Positions 8,115 to 18,487 of a stretch of DNA of 39,841 bases are shown here, piece by piece (the stretch's first letter is position 1; every line of letters starts with the position of its first letter). The stretch is taken from the IMG/VR virus record IMGVR_UViG_2711768002_000004; one strand, given 5' to 3'. This stretch comes from a virus (lineage: Duplodnaviria; Heunggongvirae; Uroviricota; Caudoviricetes). Below the pieces are notes generated by a model. The model made no database searches and was not told the DNA's origin. It worked only from the letters and a program-made list of their open reading frames with translations. The translations under genes and the position numbers were made by a program.

Positions 8115-9187
8115 GTGATTTCTCCTACCGTCAGCAGCTCACTGTCTCCCGCCTGAACTGACGTCAGCGGACTGCGCACTTCAAAATCCTCCAGATTTTT
8201 CACCCCTGCCACCGCCCGCCAGAAAGACGACGGCAGAACCAGACCGCCGGGCCGGGATTCGTTATACAACAGGTCGGTCAGCGCCTGTTTTACGGCCGCC
8301 TGATTCTCCGGTGTTTTCGGGATGATCCTGATGCTGAAGGGCACCGGCTTATTGGTCAGTTTAAACACGGTCACCGTCGGCCCCAGAGGCTGTCCGACAG
8401 GCTGGCCGGTCGCCGGATCATCATGACTGCGGATATAATCCGCCACCCGCTGAACATCACCGTCACCGGGGAAAATATCCGGGTTATTATCCTGAACAAA
8501 CGTTACCCCCACGCTGCCCGCCTGCGGCCATTCCGGGCGGCACCATGCCCGCGTCACGCCCGGCACTTCACGCGCCCAGCGTTCAAAATCATACTGCGTG
8601 CCGCCGGACGGTGGATTCTGCACCCGGAAAACCAGACGGGAAAGCAGCTCCGGCACGGTTTCCACATCCGCACCACCGGTGATCCCCGTTCCGGTCACCG
8701 TGGCCGTCTGGTTGATCCCCGCCTGCGGTGTGATAAATGTCAGTTTTGTCCCTGCCGGGGCATTCCCCGCACGACCGGCACTTTCGGCTTCCACACTGAC
8801 ATTCAGCGTACCGGCCTTACCGGTCAGGGAGGTGGTGATACGGTAAACCACGCCATCACTTCGCTGGAGAAGCACACCTTCCTTGATCCCCGCATCCGTG
8901 GTCAGCATCAGCTGAACCGGCCCGTCCCCCCGAGAGGCAGGCTTACGCATGACGCCCCAGAATGCACAGTGTTTCAGCAGTTCGGCTTCATCGGCTTCGG
9001 TCGGGATGATCTGACGCGCAATCCAGGCCAGATGCTCATGCTCCTGAGCAGATAACCCTGCCTGAGCGTAAGCAATGGCATTCAGGGTGGTTTCATTCAC
9101 ACCCGGCTGCGAGCCGGGCAGGCGCTGGCTGATATCCTGCTGTGTCTGCGTGATTAACTGTGCCAGCGGTAAAGGCTGATAAGGCAT
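8105..9187 (-). CDS. Baseplate J-like protein (Mu gp47-like)
   Basis: 360 aa; position and size; translationally coupled to neighbours. Confidence 0.75.
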   Translation of the reverse strand: MPYQPLPLAQLITQTQQDISQRLPGSQPGVNETTLNAIAYAQAGLSAQEHEHLAWIARQIIPTEADEAELLKHCAFWGVMRKPASRGDGPVQLMLTTDAGIKEGVLLQRSDGVVYRITTSLTGKAGTLNVSVEAESAGRAGNAPAGTKLTFITPQAGINQTATVTGTGITGGADVETVPELLSRLVFRVQNPPSGGTQYDFERWAREVPGVTRAWCRPEWPQAGSVGVTFVQDNNPDIFPGDGDVQRVADYIRSHDDPATGQPVGQPLGPTVTVFKLTNKPVPFSIRIIPKTPENQAAVKQALTDLLYNESRPGGLVLPSSFWRAVAGVKNLEDFEVRSPLTSVQAGDSELLTVGEITWL

Positions 9188-9624
9188 TACTCCCCCTTAA
9201 GATCAGCATAAAAAATCATGGGCCTCACTGAACCATCAGGCAGGGTTATGCGCACCGAAAGCGCCAGCCGCGCGTGTCCCACACGTTCTGCATGACAGAC
9301 CACGGATGACGCCACGCCATCCTGACTGAGCCAGCCCAGCGCCTCATCCGCGTAAGCACGGGCACGGCTTATCACCGAGGCCAGCGTTTTTTCCCGGCTG
9401 AGAAGCCACAGACGGGAGCCAATGGGGCGCGGGCGAAAACTGTCTCCCCACCATCCCCGGCGGTCGCGCGTACCGTCAGGGATTTCATCCGATGCCAGCG
9501 CCCGGCGGTCAGTAAACAGCGAAATCAGAACGGCCGTCAGCAGACTGTCATCCGTCAGCAAGTCGGCACCGTTCAGTTGCAGCGAACCGCACCCCTGATC
9601 CCATACAATTGCAATATCAGCCAT
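9187..9624 (-). CDS. Baseplate protein (Mu gp46-like, GPW/gp25 lysozyme-like family)
   Basis: Start re-picked at ATG 9624 (MADIAIVWDQG...), which overlaps the stop of the upstream gene; the ORF track extension to 9768 is an in-frame run-on. Confidence 0.7.
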   Translation of the reverse strand: MADIAIVWDQGCGSLQLNGADLLTDDSLLTAVLISLFTDRRALASDEIPDGTRDRRGWWGDSFRPRPIGSRLWLLSREKTLASVISRARAYADEALGWLSQDGVASSVVCHAERVGHARLALSVRITLPDGSVRPMIFYADLKGE

Positions 9625-10231
9625 TCTCCGGCGCTCCTGTCTTACTGCCTTTGCCGTTATCCTGATGCACATGGCCGGAATAGGTGATCCCGGCAATAAC
9701 GGCATCAGACATCGTGAACAGCCCGTCTGATTTACCTGTACCATCAAGCACGAAATTACCCTTAACATGCAGGTTTTTATCCACCGTCACATTGCCCGTA
9801 AAGGTGGCCTCCGGCGTATCCACCCGCATCCCCTCATCGGCGTAAATCTCCAGCATTTTGCATGTCACAATAATGCGACCATCCTTTGTTAACCGTATCC
9901 GGTGCCCCTCATGGTGATACACCCCCGTATCTCCGGCTGTGAGTCCGGTCGGGCGGCTGCGCCGGTCTTCCACCACAAGCACCACAGTCTGATCCCGCTG
10001 TCCGCCCAGACAGGCAAAAAAGGTTTCCGCACCCGGCAGGGGAACGCTGATCTGCCCGTACTGCTGGGGACGCTCCACATCATCAAAGGTTTCGCCGTCC
10101 ATGCCGGTGAGCTGCACATTCTGCATTTTCAGTTCGTCATGTGTGCCGGTCAGAACGCCCCGGCCAAACAACAGGCGAATACCGCGCGTTACCGGGGCAA
10201 TCAGGCGGCTGAACACTTCATCATTCATCAA
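9617..10231 (-). CDS. Baseplate spike / assembly protein V (Mu gp45-like)
   Basis: 204 aa; position between the baseplate hub and the gp46-like gene. Confidence 0.7.
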   Translation of the reverse strand: MMNDEVFSRLIAPVTRGIRLLFGRGVLTGTHDELKMQNVQLTGMDGETFDDVERPQQYGQISVPLPGAETFFACLGGQRDQTVVLVVEDRRSRPTGLTAGDTGVYHHEGHRIRLTKDGRIIVTCKMLEIYADEGMRVDTPEATFTGNVTVDKNLHVKGNFVLDGTGKSDGLFTMSDAVIAGITYSGHVHQDNGKGSKTGAPENG

Positions 10232-11345
10232 AGCTGATCCCCTGTTTTTTCATCTGCTGGCGAATAAAGGCATCAACATCGTCACCGGAACCACCCCGGC
10301 CCTTACTGTCCGGCTCTGCCGGAACGATAAAGCCGTCACGCGGTGCCAGTACCAGCCGGGTGACTTCCCCGTTATGTTCATCAAGTAAAAACTCCACCTG
10401 ACAGACCAGCAGTTCAGTCTGTTCTATACCGAAACGCAGGGCTGAAACACCGGTCAGCAGATTGACATCCCATAACCGGCCATCATCCCGGAACCAGCCA
10501 CGCACGGTGGCAGAAAACCGTTCTGAACGGGCAATCGCACGGCGCATTTCACGCAGGGCACGCTGCCGTGCACCGGTGGTGTCTGTCTGTTGATCGGCGA
10601 GGATGATTTTCGACCGGTAGCGGCCGATCTGCTCATCACTGATGACGCCCACAGGTGCTGCCAGACGGGCGGCGGATTCGCTGTCTCCCCGTTTGCCACC
10701 ACCGCGCCCGTGTCCCCGGACACGGTATTCGCTGTATCGTCCTCGCCAGTCCGTGTTGTAATCGGCATCAAGCAGGTTATCTCCCAGCACCAGTCTGTCC
10801 GTCTGCTGGCTTCCTGCCTGGGTGAACACCAGATCGCCGTCAGCATTACTGGTCACCAGCACCCCGCGATGCCGGGCAGCACGGGTCAGCGCATCCGCCA
10901 CGGTTTCTGAGTTTTCCAGCGTAAAAGAGCTGAAGGGGCGTGCAGCCGTGTCGTCGTTAACCTGCCAGCGCACGGCTATCCCGAAGGGCGCACATAAATC
11001 TGCGGCAATCTGTGCCAGCGTCCGGTTGCGCCACTGGCTGCCGGGATGGATGGCGGCACAGTCCACCAGGTCGCCGGTTTTATCCCGACCGCTGATGCTG
11101 ATCTGATGACGGGTTGCACTGATCCGCTGACTGACCTGATCCAGCCAGCCACTGATGACCGTCTGCCCGTTAATTCTGAGCGTCAGGGACTGACCGGTTC
11201 GCAGGGCTGAGGGGATGCGCTCACCGGGCAGCATCAGCCCCAGTTCAAACGACCCGGCCAGATGCTCCAGCGAGCGACGGACGCTGACCGTCAGCCAGCC
11301 GGAAAAAATACTGCCACCGATATACAGTTCAATCCTGCTGCTCAC
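10221..11345 (-). CDS. Baseplate hub / tail protein (Mu gp44-like, P2 gpD-like)
   Basis: 374 aa; MSSRIELYIGGSIFSGWL... ; position after the DNA circulation gene. Confidence 0.7.
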   Translation of the reverse strand: MSSRIELYIGGSIFSGWLTVSVRRSLEHLAGSFELGLMLPGERIPSALRTGQSLTLRINGQTVISGWLDQVSQRISATRHQISISGRDKTGDLVDCAAIHPGSQWRNRTLAQIAADLCAPFGIAVRWQVNDDTAARPFSSFTLENSETVADALTRAARHRGVLVTSNADGDLVFTQAGSQQTDRLVLGDNLLDADYNTDWRGRYSEYRVRGHGRGGGKRGDSESAARLAAPVGVISDEQIGRYRSKIILADQQTDTTGARQRALREMRRAIARSERFSATVRGWFRDDGRLWDVNLLTGVSALRFGIEQTELLVCQVEFLLDEHNGEVTRLVLAPRDGFIVPAEPDSKGRGGSGDDVDAFIRQQMKKQGISFDE

Positions 11346-12687
11346 TGATCACCTCCACGCTGCGGCCACCCGGAACAAAAACCGGATCGGGGATATTGTT
11401 TCTGCGGACAAAATACTGCCAGCGACTGCTGTTGCCGGTGGCACGGTACAGCGTGACCAGTGCCGGTTCGGTGGTGCGAACCATGACCTGAAAAGCACCG
11501 GGAAGATGCACGCTCCGTGTGGTTAAATCTTCTGTCAGCGCAAGCCCTGCATCACGTAATGCAAGGGCAGTCCCGGTATAGCCCTGTGCGGACAGATCCA
11601 GCACCTGTTGTTCCATGGCATCGCTCAAATCCCGGTTGATACGCTGCACATCAGCAGAACTTTCCAGCCAGGCCAGTCCGCCCGAACGGTCAGTATCCTG
11701 AACGTGCGTCGTATTCTGCCGGATGACCTGATCCAGCAGTTTTCCGAGCGTCTGTGCCTGCGACACCAGGGTTGCACTCTGCATCACGCTCCGCAGCAGA
11801 CGGATATTTTTCTGTGCCGCAGGCGTCAGGCCAATCAGGCGCTGTGGATCATCCTGTTCGCTGAGGGTGTAACGCAGGGAGGAAAGTGTGCGGTACAGCT
11901 GCGGCATGGCCTGCTCTGCCATGCTGTCACGGTTTGTGGTCAGGCTGCCGGACGGCGTTCCGGCTTTTCCGGTCAGAGACAGGGAAGGATCGCCGGGCAG
12001 CCCGGTCAGCACGGCAAACATTCCGGCCAGCGATTCAGCCATGCGACGGGGCGCATTAATCAGGGCGGCGGCATTGCCTTTCAGGGCAGTAAAACTGGCC
12101 GTAAAGGCACTGATATCCTGCACAATCCCCATCCCCGAAACGGCATTCTCCAGTGCATCAATCTTATCGCTGATGGTGTCGGTCATGGCCTGTACATCAT
12201 GCAGACCGTCTGAAATCACCGTCCAGCCGTCTGAAAGCGTGTTAAACAGCTGATTCATTGCTGAGCCGCTTTTCTGCTCCAGCGCAGCTGCCGTATCTTC
12301 TGCCACCGCAGGGGCGGTATCGTCACTGGCGGGGATCACGTTGATCGTGAACTCAACCGTTCCCTGCTCGCTGGCGTTATAACGGCTTTCAAAGCTGTTT
12401 ATCAGCACGTTTAACGTGCCGTAATCCGGGTGCATCAGTTCACCGGCACCGGGTGCACGCAGCGCATCACGCAGGCGGCTTCGCTGTGTCTGAAGATCGT
12501 CTCCGGTCACCAGAACCGTGAATGTGAACTCCGGGAGTTTTGGCCCCAGATCATCCGCACCGCCGCTTTCACGCAGTGGGTATTCACGGCGCACAATGTT
12601 ACGTCCGCCCCGTTCCCGCTGCTCCTGATAAACCAGGAACGGTACGCCACGAAAGGAGCCACGCCCCGGCGTGTCAGTAGAGGCCAT
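11329..12687 (-). CDS. DNA circulation protein (Mu gp43-like)
   Basis: 452 aa directly downstream of the tape measure gene. Confidence 0.7.
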   Translation of the reverse strand: MASTDTPGRGSFRGVPFLVYQEQRERGGRNIVRREYPLRESGGADDLGPKLPEFTFTVLVTGDDLQTQRSRLRDALRAPGAGELMHPDYGTLNVLINSFESRYNASEQGTVEFTINVIPASDDTAPAVAEDTAAALEQKSGSAMNQLFNTLSDGWTVISDGLHDVQAMTDTISDKIDALENAVSGMGIVQDISAFTASFTALKGNAAALINAPRRMAESLAGMFAVLTGLPGDPSLSLTGKAGTPSGSLTTNRDSMAEQAMPQLYRTLSSLRYTLSEQDDPQRLIGLTPAAQKNIRLLRSVMQSATLVSQAQTLGKLLDQVIRQNTTHVQDTDRSGGLAWLESSADVQRINRDLSDAMEQQVLDLSAQGYTGTALALRDAGLALTEDLTTRSVHLPGAFQVMVRTTEPALVTLYRATGNSSRWQYFVRRNNIPDPVFVPGGRSVEVISEQQD

Positions 12688-14731
12688 AGTTCCCTCCGTT
12701 CCAGACGTTCACATCCAGGCCATGCTGTGCGGTATCATCCACATCAATACTGCGCGCCCGCCAGCCTTCAGGGGCAACAAGCTCCACCCGTGCGGCGGTT
12801 TTCGCGGTGGCCTGTCCGCCGTTTTCGTCACTGCCGCCACGCAGTTTCTGCCAGGCCTGCGTCAGCCAGCCCCCCAGATAATCACCGAGATAGCTGCCCA
12901 CCGTGGAACCAATGGCAACCCCGACCGGACCGGCAGCCGCCCCCAGCGCGCCACCGGCGATACTTCCGGCAAGGGAACCCACGGCACCGGCTTTATCGGC
13001 TGCACTGGCGCTGCTGTCCAGCAGTACAGGAGCCGCCATGGCACCGGCCCACAGGGCACCACCACCCAGCCGACCGGCACCACGGAACAGCCCGGCAAAA
13101 CGCCCCAGCCCCATGCGGTTTCCGGCCGCCGTTAGCAGACCACCGGCACGGCTCATCATACGACCGAAGAAGCCCTGTTTACCGGCACTCTCCGCCAGTT
13201 GCTCACCGGCAGTCACGACGGTCGTGACACCCCGTCCACGTCCGGGGCCGCGTTTTTTACGGCCGCGCACGGTTTTGCCGTCACCGCTGACCACCACATC
13301 CCCGCCACCTGAGGCCAGGCCACCCGCAGGCCAATTGGTGACCAGCACGGGCTGAACGGCAGCCGGATTTACCCCGGTAAGGAAATTCAGGAACCGGCCA
13401 GCGCGTCCGGGCTGCGTTCCCGGTACAGTGGTCTGCGGTTTGCGGAAGGGCGACGTCAGCACGGAGGTCATCGCCATGCCATAGCGTAAGGGGGTTGCGC
13501 CGAGACGTAATGCCCCCGTCCCCGCAAACCTGAGCACCTTCAGCGCACGGGAGGCGAGATACATATACATCAGGTACTTTGCGGCGGTCTGCGCACCCTG
13601 ACCAATGCGATCCAGCGCATCGCCATAACCGGCGTCGCGCAGTGCCTGAAGCGTTTCCCTGACTTTCTGAATGACCCGGTAAAAGCCGGTCGCAGCGTCT
13701 CTGGCATACTCAAATCCCTGATTCAGGGCTGAGGCCGTCTGTGTGGCCAGCTTATCCTGTAAGCCGCTTTTCTGTGCCGCATCAGCATAATCCAGAAAGC
13801 CTTTCAGGCTCTTTTTCAGGCTGTCAAACGGTCCCTTTGCCATCACCTCGCGGGCAAATCCGTCCCAGACATCGCCCATCATGGACGTCATTCCCGTCCA
13901 GGAATTCATGGCGTTTTTCTGGGCACCTTTTGCCTGTTCGGCCATCACCTGAAATAACAGGCGAATGCTGTCCGGTCCCAGTTTTCCTTTCTCGCCTTTC
14001 TCACGGATGATCTTCTGGTTTACACCCAGCTTATCGGCCAGCAACTGGTAAACGTTAATCCCGTATCCGGTCAGAATATTGGCGTCCGCTGCCTGGATAC
14101 TCTGGCGGGCAAACATCTGTTTGAGTTGCAGGGACGCACCCTGTGCATCTGACAGTGACCAGCCGTGATAGCCGCCCTGATCCTGAAGCATGGTAATAAA
14201 GCGACGGGCTTCCCTGTCACTCATACCGAACCCGCGACTGGAGGCGTATTCCTGCATAACCCCCGCCAGCCCCCAGGTGGTGTCTTTGGCGTTCTGTACC
14301 GCCCAGGCTTTCACTGCTTCCGTTTTTGCCGTATCGCCATGATTAATGGCGTTGAGACGCAGAATATAGTTCTCCATCTCTGCGGCCGGGCGGATAAAGG
14401 CTTTATTAAACCCGTAGACCGCAGCCCCTCCCGCCAGCATCCCGTAAAGGTTGCTTATCCGCCCGATGGTGCCGGTAATGCTGCCCTGAAGGCGGTCAAA
14501 ATCTGACGTCACCGTGCGGATACTGCCACGAACACCGGCAAGCGTTCGCTGCATACGGGAGCCGACAAGTTCTGTCTCCTGACCGGCACGACGTGCTGCA
14601 TTTCCAAGACCACCCAGCCCCGTCCTGCCGGAACGGGAGAATGCCCCCAGCTCCTGTGACCACTGGCGGGATTTGGCAGAAATATTGCCGAGTAAATCGA
14701 CAATCAGGGAGGCTTTCAGGTTTTTTGCCAT
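12674..14731 (-). CDS. Tail tape measure protein
   Basis: 685 aa, Ala/Gly-rich with long Gly-rich C-terminal stretch; follows the chaperone/tube/sheath genes. Confidence 0.8.
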   Translation of the reverse strand: MAKNLKASLIVDLLGNISAKSRQWSQELGAFSRSGRTGLGGLGNAARRAGQETELVGSRMQRTLAGVRGSIRTVTSDFDRLQGSITGTIGRISNLYGMLAGGAAVYGFNKAFIRPAAEMENYILRLNAINHGDTAKTEAVKAWAVQNAKDTTWGLAGVMQEYASSRGFGMSDREARRFITMLQDQGGYHGWSLSDAQGASLQLKQMFARQSIQAADANILTGYGINVYQLLADKLGVNQKIIREKGEKGKLGPDSIRLLFQVMAEQAKGAQKNAMNSWTGMTSMMGDVWDGFAREVMAKGPFDSLKKSLKGFLDYADAAQKSGLQDKLATQTASALNQGFEYARDAATGFYRVIQKVRETLQALRDAGYGDALDRIGQGAQTAAKYLMYMYLASRALKVLRFAGTGALRLGATPLRYGMAMTSVLTSPFRKPQTTVPGTQPGRAGRFLNFLTGVNPAAVQPVLVTNWPAGGLASGGGDVVVSGDGKTVRGRKKRGPGRGRGVTTVVTAGEQLAESAGKQGFFGRMMSRAGGLLTAAGNRMGLGRFAGLFRGAGRLGGGALWAGAMAAPVLLDSSASAADKAGAVGSLAGSIAGGALGAAAGPVGVAIGSTVGSYLGDYLGGWLTQAWQKLRGGSDENGGQATAKTAARVELVAPEGWRARSIDVDDTAQHGLDVNVWNGGNYGLY

Positions 14732-14858
14732 GGGTTACTGCTTCGTTCTGAGAATTTTTTCGGTCTGTCGGCAGTGCCGGTAAAGCTGCGATAAGGGGAG
14801 GTTAAGCGCCCACTCCGGGCCGCTTTTTGTCACCATCCCCAGCACAATTGCGGCTTCT

Positions 14859-15335
14859 TCAATCTGATCCCGGCACTGCATCTGGTCGCCCCCGTTCAGC
14901 GACCAGCTTTCCGGCCATCGCGGAATCAAGCAGGCTTACTGCCGCCATCAGTCGGGAGAGATCGCGCTCGCTGAGCTGTCCTATCTGACGCGGAGACAAT
15001 GGCCCCTCAATCTGGCCGACAGCGGCAATCTGACGGCGCAGCAGCGCAATGCCGCGCAGTGCCGGTGAGGCCACAAGAACCGGACCGTTTCGGGTTTCCA
15101 TAAGACGCTCGGCCTCGCTCTCCGCATCAATGCTGTCTTTTGCCGTCAGTTCGCGGAAGGTGACGCGGTATTCACGGGATTCCCCGAACGGCAGACCGTC
15201 GAGCAGATCCACATAGCCGTTCGCCAGTTGTTCAGCCAGCCCGGCGGTGCGGGGATCGCCGTCTTCAAGTGCATCCCGGATAGCCTCCATCACGGCCTCG
15301 TCAGAAACCGCCGTTTTTTTCTTACGTGTGCTCAT
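14859..15335 (-). CDS. Tail assembly chaperone (Mu gp41-like); a possible +1 frame extension is the ORF at 14735-14929
   Basis: 158 aa acidic protein between the tube and tape measure genes; a second ORF in another frame overlaps its 3' end. Frameshift is an inference, no slippery site identified. Confidence 0.5.
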   Translation of the reverse strand: MSTRKKKTAVSDEAVMEAIRDALEDGDPRTAGLAEQLANGYVDLLDGLPFGESREYRVTFRELTAKDSIDAESEAERLMETRNGPVLVASPALRGIALLRRQIAAVGQIEGPLSPRQIGQLSERDLSRLMAAVSLLDSAMAGKLVAERGRPDAVPGSD

Positions 15336-15349
15336 TACATTTTTCCTGA

Positions 15350-15715
15350 TTACTGGACACGGGTACTGGTGGCGCTGGCGAACTTCGCGGAGATATCACC
15401 ACCACCGTCAAGCGAGGCCGGTTCACTGCTCCAGGCCTTCGTCATCATGTGGACTTCACCGGTATCGGCCACGAACTCAATCGTGACCGCAGTCCAGGTG
15501 TTGATTTCATCGGCAGCCGGTGAACCTTCTCCGCCCGCCGGGAATTTACAGTCCAGCGTCGCCTCACGGGGTTTCTCGCGATAGCCGTAAACTTTCGCGC
15601 CTTTCACCACTTCACGCTCAAAGCCGGACGGGGAGAACGTGGCCCCCTCAAGGGTGTCGTACTCCTGCCCGTTCACACGGATGGTGGCCGTGCCCTGATA
15701 CTGTTTTCCGCTCAT
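15350..15715 (-). CDS. Tail tube protein (Mu M-like)
   Basis: 121 aa immediately downstream of the sheath gene. Confidence 0.7.
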   Translation of the reverse strand: MSGKQYQGTATIRVNGQEYDTLEGATFSPSGFEREVVKGAKVYGYREKPREATLDCKFPAGGEGSPAADEINTWTAVTIEFVADTGEVHMMTKAWSSEPASLDGGGDISAKFASATSTRVQ

Positions 15716-15723
15716 GCCTTACC

Positions 15724-17226
15724 TCACAAAATGAAACGGATCTGCGCGGCCATGAAGCGGAACTGGTTAACCAGATCCGGTGTACACATCACATCCAGAC
15801 GGTTACGGTCTTTTGTGTTGCGCTCCACGAGCAGATTCTTTTTAAAGGTGTCCAGATTTTCGACCAGTCCCAGATCCACCCATTCTTCCCCCAGCGAAAT
15901 TAACTGAAGTTTCATGATCTCCGGTGTCACGATATTCTGACCGGCACGAACGGGCGTCCCGTCATCAGCCAGTTTATGGCGCGGAAAACGCTGCGTGATA
16001 AAGGTGCGCAGGGAATAACGCAGATATGACAGGGTGTAGATGGTTTCCACATCCAGATAGCTGGGATCGATTTCGCCGTATGCATTCTGACGGTACATCG
16101 TCACCTGACGTTCAATCTGCACCACATCCGCGGCCGCGACGGTCACCGTGGACATGCCGGTATAAAGCAGGCTGTTTCGCTCTTCCCGCGTCAGACGATC
16201 CGGTGCTTCAGGTGCCATACGGGCAGGCAGCGCCAGTGTCTGTAATGGTCGGGCCGGATCCGTTGACAGGGAGGGCGCACAGACCGCACAAATGGAGGCA
16301 GCCCAGACATAATCCGGCTCTGGTGCTTTAGGAATAGAAGTGCAGGTAAACAGGAAGTCATTACGGGATTCACCAAAACTGGTTGCCGTACCGAAGGTGC
16401 CGGTATGCGCCATCCAGACCATACCGTCCGACATTTTTACCGGTCCCCAGCGTTTCAGCAGTTCATCCGCCAGAATTTTGAGATTTGCCGCATCCTTATA
16501 GGGCATGACGATGTAGTTGTACTGACGATTCCCCATCCCTGAGACGCTACGGGTGATATCGGGGTTTGTTGCCTTCTGTGTTGGCGCGACGAGCTCCAGC
16601 GTAAGACCGGCCGGTGTAGTTTCACCGTCATAATAGTTCACCCGTAAATCATGAGCTGAGCATTCACCGATAAAGCGGGCGTTAACCCCCATGCTGCCTT
16701 TAAGTCCTTCAGCATTATCACCACTGACTTCAGCTGCGATAGCAGTGAATGGCGCATCAGTGTCAGCGTTAATGACCTTAGCCAGCTCTTCCACAAGCTC
16801 TTTACCTTTTTTCCCCTTACTGACGGGCAGGAGGTAACGGCGACCGCCGATGTAAACACTTAACACCCCGTCTGCCAATGCTGTTCCAATGATATTCATC
16901 ACGCATGCCCTGGACTGACCTGTTCCAGCCCCCTGTGCAATGGCATATAACTCTGTGTCAGGGTTAATGGCGATAAATTCCTCTACCATCAGTGCAATCA
17001 TGGAACCTCGCCCCCAGAGTTCTCTTGCTTGTGAAGCTCGGGTAATACGTACTGGTACATCAAGCTGACCGCGCCCCTGAATGGTAGTGTCTTTCATTGC
17101 AGCCTGACCAAACAACAGTACCGCCTGACGCTGTGGTGGAGTGCCGGTCACGGCCATTGAATTATTGATTTCAATCTGTACCAGCGGAATGCGATTGTTA
17201 TCGCCGATATAATCAAAGTTAATCAT
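15724..17226 (-). CDS. Contractile tail sheath protein (Mu L-like)
   Basis: 500 aa; size and position. Confidence 0.85.
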   Translation of the reverse strand: MINFDYIGDNNRIPLVQIEINNSMAVTGTPPQRQAVLLFGQAAMKDTTIQGRGQLDVPVRITRASQARELWGRGSMIALMVEEFIAINPDTELYAIAQGAGTGQSRACVMNIIGTALADGVLSVYIGGRRYLLPVSKGKKGKELVEELAKVINADTDAPFTAIAAEVSGDNAEGLKGSMGVNARFIGECSAHDLRVNYYDGETTPAGLTLELVAPTQKATNPDITRSVSGMGNRQYNYIVMPYKDAANLKILADELLKRWGPVKMSDGMVWMAHTGTFGTATSFGESRNDFLFTCTSIPKAPEPDYVWAASICAVCAPSLSTDPARPLQTLALPARMAPEAPDRLTREERNSLLYTGMSTVTVAAADVVQIERQVTMYRQNAYGEIDPSYLDVETIYTLSYLRYSLRTFITQRFPRHKLADDGTPVRAGQNIVTPEIMKLQLISLGEEWVDLGLVENLDTFKKNLLVERNTKDRNRLDVMCTPDLVNQFRFMAAQIRFIL

Positions 17227-17504
17227 CAGGACGTCCCCTTATCTGATGCTGCGGTTTTTTCAGCCACCGCCGCAGTTTTTTCTGCTACCGCTCCCGCTGG
17301 TTTTGCCGCCGCGCCGGTATTAGCAGTTGTGGCAGCCGGGGCAGGCTCCGCCGTTTTATCCACCACAATGACGTCGCCATCATTAAGACGGCGGCACCAG
17401 AACGGAGTGAAGGGTTTCTCTTCCCCGTCCTGAGAGAGCGGAGTCATCGTGTCGGGATCGCGGATCAGGCATCCCGGCGCAGGTTTAATAAAAATGGTTG
17501 TCAT
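17226..17504 (-). CDS. Hypothetical tail/head completion protein (Mu gp38 position)
   Basis: 92 aa, Ala-rich C-terminus; translationally coupled to the sheath gene. Confidence 0.5.
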   Translation of the reverse strand: MTTIFIKPAPGCLIRDPDTMTPLSQDGEEKPFTPFWCRRLNDGDVIVVDKTAEPAPAATTANTGAAAKPAGAVAEKTAAVAEKTAASDKGTS

Positions 17505-17507
17505 CTG

Positions 17508-18071
17508 TTATTCCTCTGACAGTCCGGCGTTTTCACCGGCGGCAGTTGCACCAGGCAGACGGATGTGTGCCTTAAATTCCGGCGTGCCTTCCGGTTCGGT
17601 AAAGGTTTCGTAATGGCGCAGGAAATCATCCAGCGAGCTGATATCCGTCAGCGGGTCGATCATTTCCTCGCATGAGAAATACAGGGCGTACATCACGGCA
17701 CCGCTGCCTGCCTGCGTTTCGGTGTAACCGTTGACCGCCTTTTCAAAGTAAAGCGGTGAGGTTTTTTCTGCTCTGAAGCCGTCCAGCACGGTAATCAGGC
17801 GGGCCACAATCTGATAAAGCCCGGGACGGCTGACCTCACGGCCATTGAGCATGTCGCCGATGACGTAGAACACCCAGTGACTGACCAGACGCCCACGGGT
17901 ACGCCCTTCACCGGCACCCAGCCAGGCAACATAGATAGCCGGGGCGTTAATCAGCATGGTGCGCAGTACGCTGTCGCTCCAGTCGCCGGGATGTGTGTCA
18001 ACAGACACCAGTTCATTCCCGAAATACTCACGGATACGGGCGATGTACGCCTGCTCGGTTTCCGTAATCAT
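17508..18071 (-). CDS. Mu gp37-like protein
   Basis: 187 aa; position. Confidence 0.55.
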   Translation of the reverse strand: MITETEQAYIARIREYFGNELVSVDTHPGDWSDSVLRTMLINAPAIYVAWLGAGEGRTRGRLVSHWVFYVIGDMLNGREVSRPGLYQIVARLITVLDGFRAEKTSPLYFEKAVNGYTETQAGSGAVMYALYFSCEEMIDPLTDISSLDDFLRHYETFTEPEGTPEFKAHIRLPGATAAGENAGLSEE

Positions 18072-18487
18072 ATAAAGCCCTTCTGGTTGCGCCCGAACAC
18101 CGCCGCATCAGACTGCACCTGCGGTAAATCCCCGGATTCAGGGGCCGCACCGTCTGTATCCACGCCGACCGGCACGTTACCGTTCATGACATCTTTCAGC
18201 CAGGCCAGCGCCTCACGGTAACGGTCACGCGCCTGATCGGATGCCCGCTGATCGCACAGGTAATAAAAGGCAATCGTGCAGCAATGCTGAACAAGGACCG
18301 CCGGAACCACCGCCAGCGGCAGCGTGTAACGGGAAGACAGATAGCTGTCGATAAGGGCAGACGCGTCCGTCAGTGCCCGGTTCAGCTTGCGCGTGTCCGG
18401 TTCATCCGAACGGGGCACGGCCAGTAATGGCCTGAGCAAATCCTCGCGGTAACGTGCCCGCATATCGGTTTCGGTGGCGTAATTCAT
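18068..18487 (-). CDS. Mu gp36-like protein
   Basis: 139 aa; position. Confidence 0.55.
   Translation of the reverse strand: MNYATETDMRARYREDLLRPLLAVPRSDEPDTRKLNRALTDASALIDSYLSSRYTLPLAVVPAVLVQHCCTIAFYYLCDQRASDQARDRYREALAWLKDVMNGNVPVGVDTDGAAPESGDLPQVQSDAAVFGRNQKGFI

Noticed and set aside
8423-9055. Long plus-strand ORFs antisense to structural genes (e.g. 8423-9055, 11608-12213, 12430-13227, 19837-20400, 24072-24671, 26619-27239)
   Set aside because: They lie entirely antisense to well-supported minus-strand phage genes in GC-rich DNA, have Arg/Pro/Ser-rich low-complexity translations and no ribosome-binding sites; typical spurious antisense frames.
9625-9768. Upstream extension of the gp46-like ORF
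   Set aside because: Overlaps the gp45-like gene; the internal ATG at 9624 gives the usual stop/start overlap.
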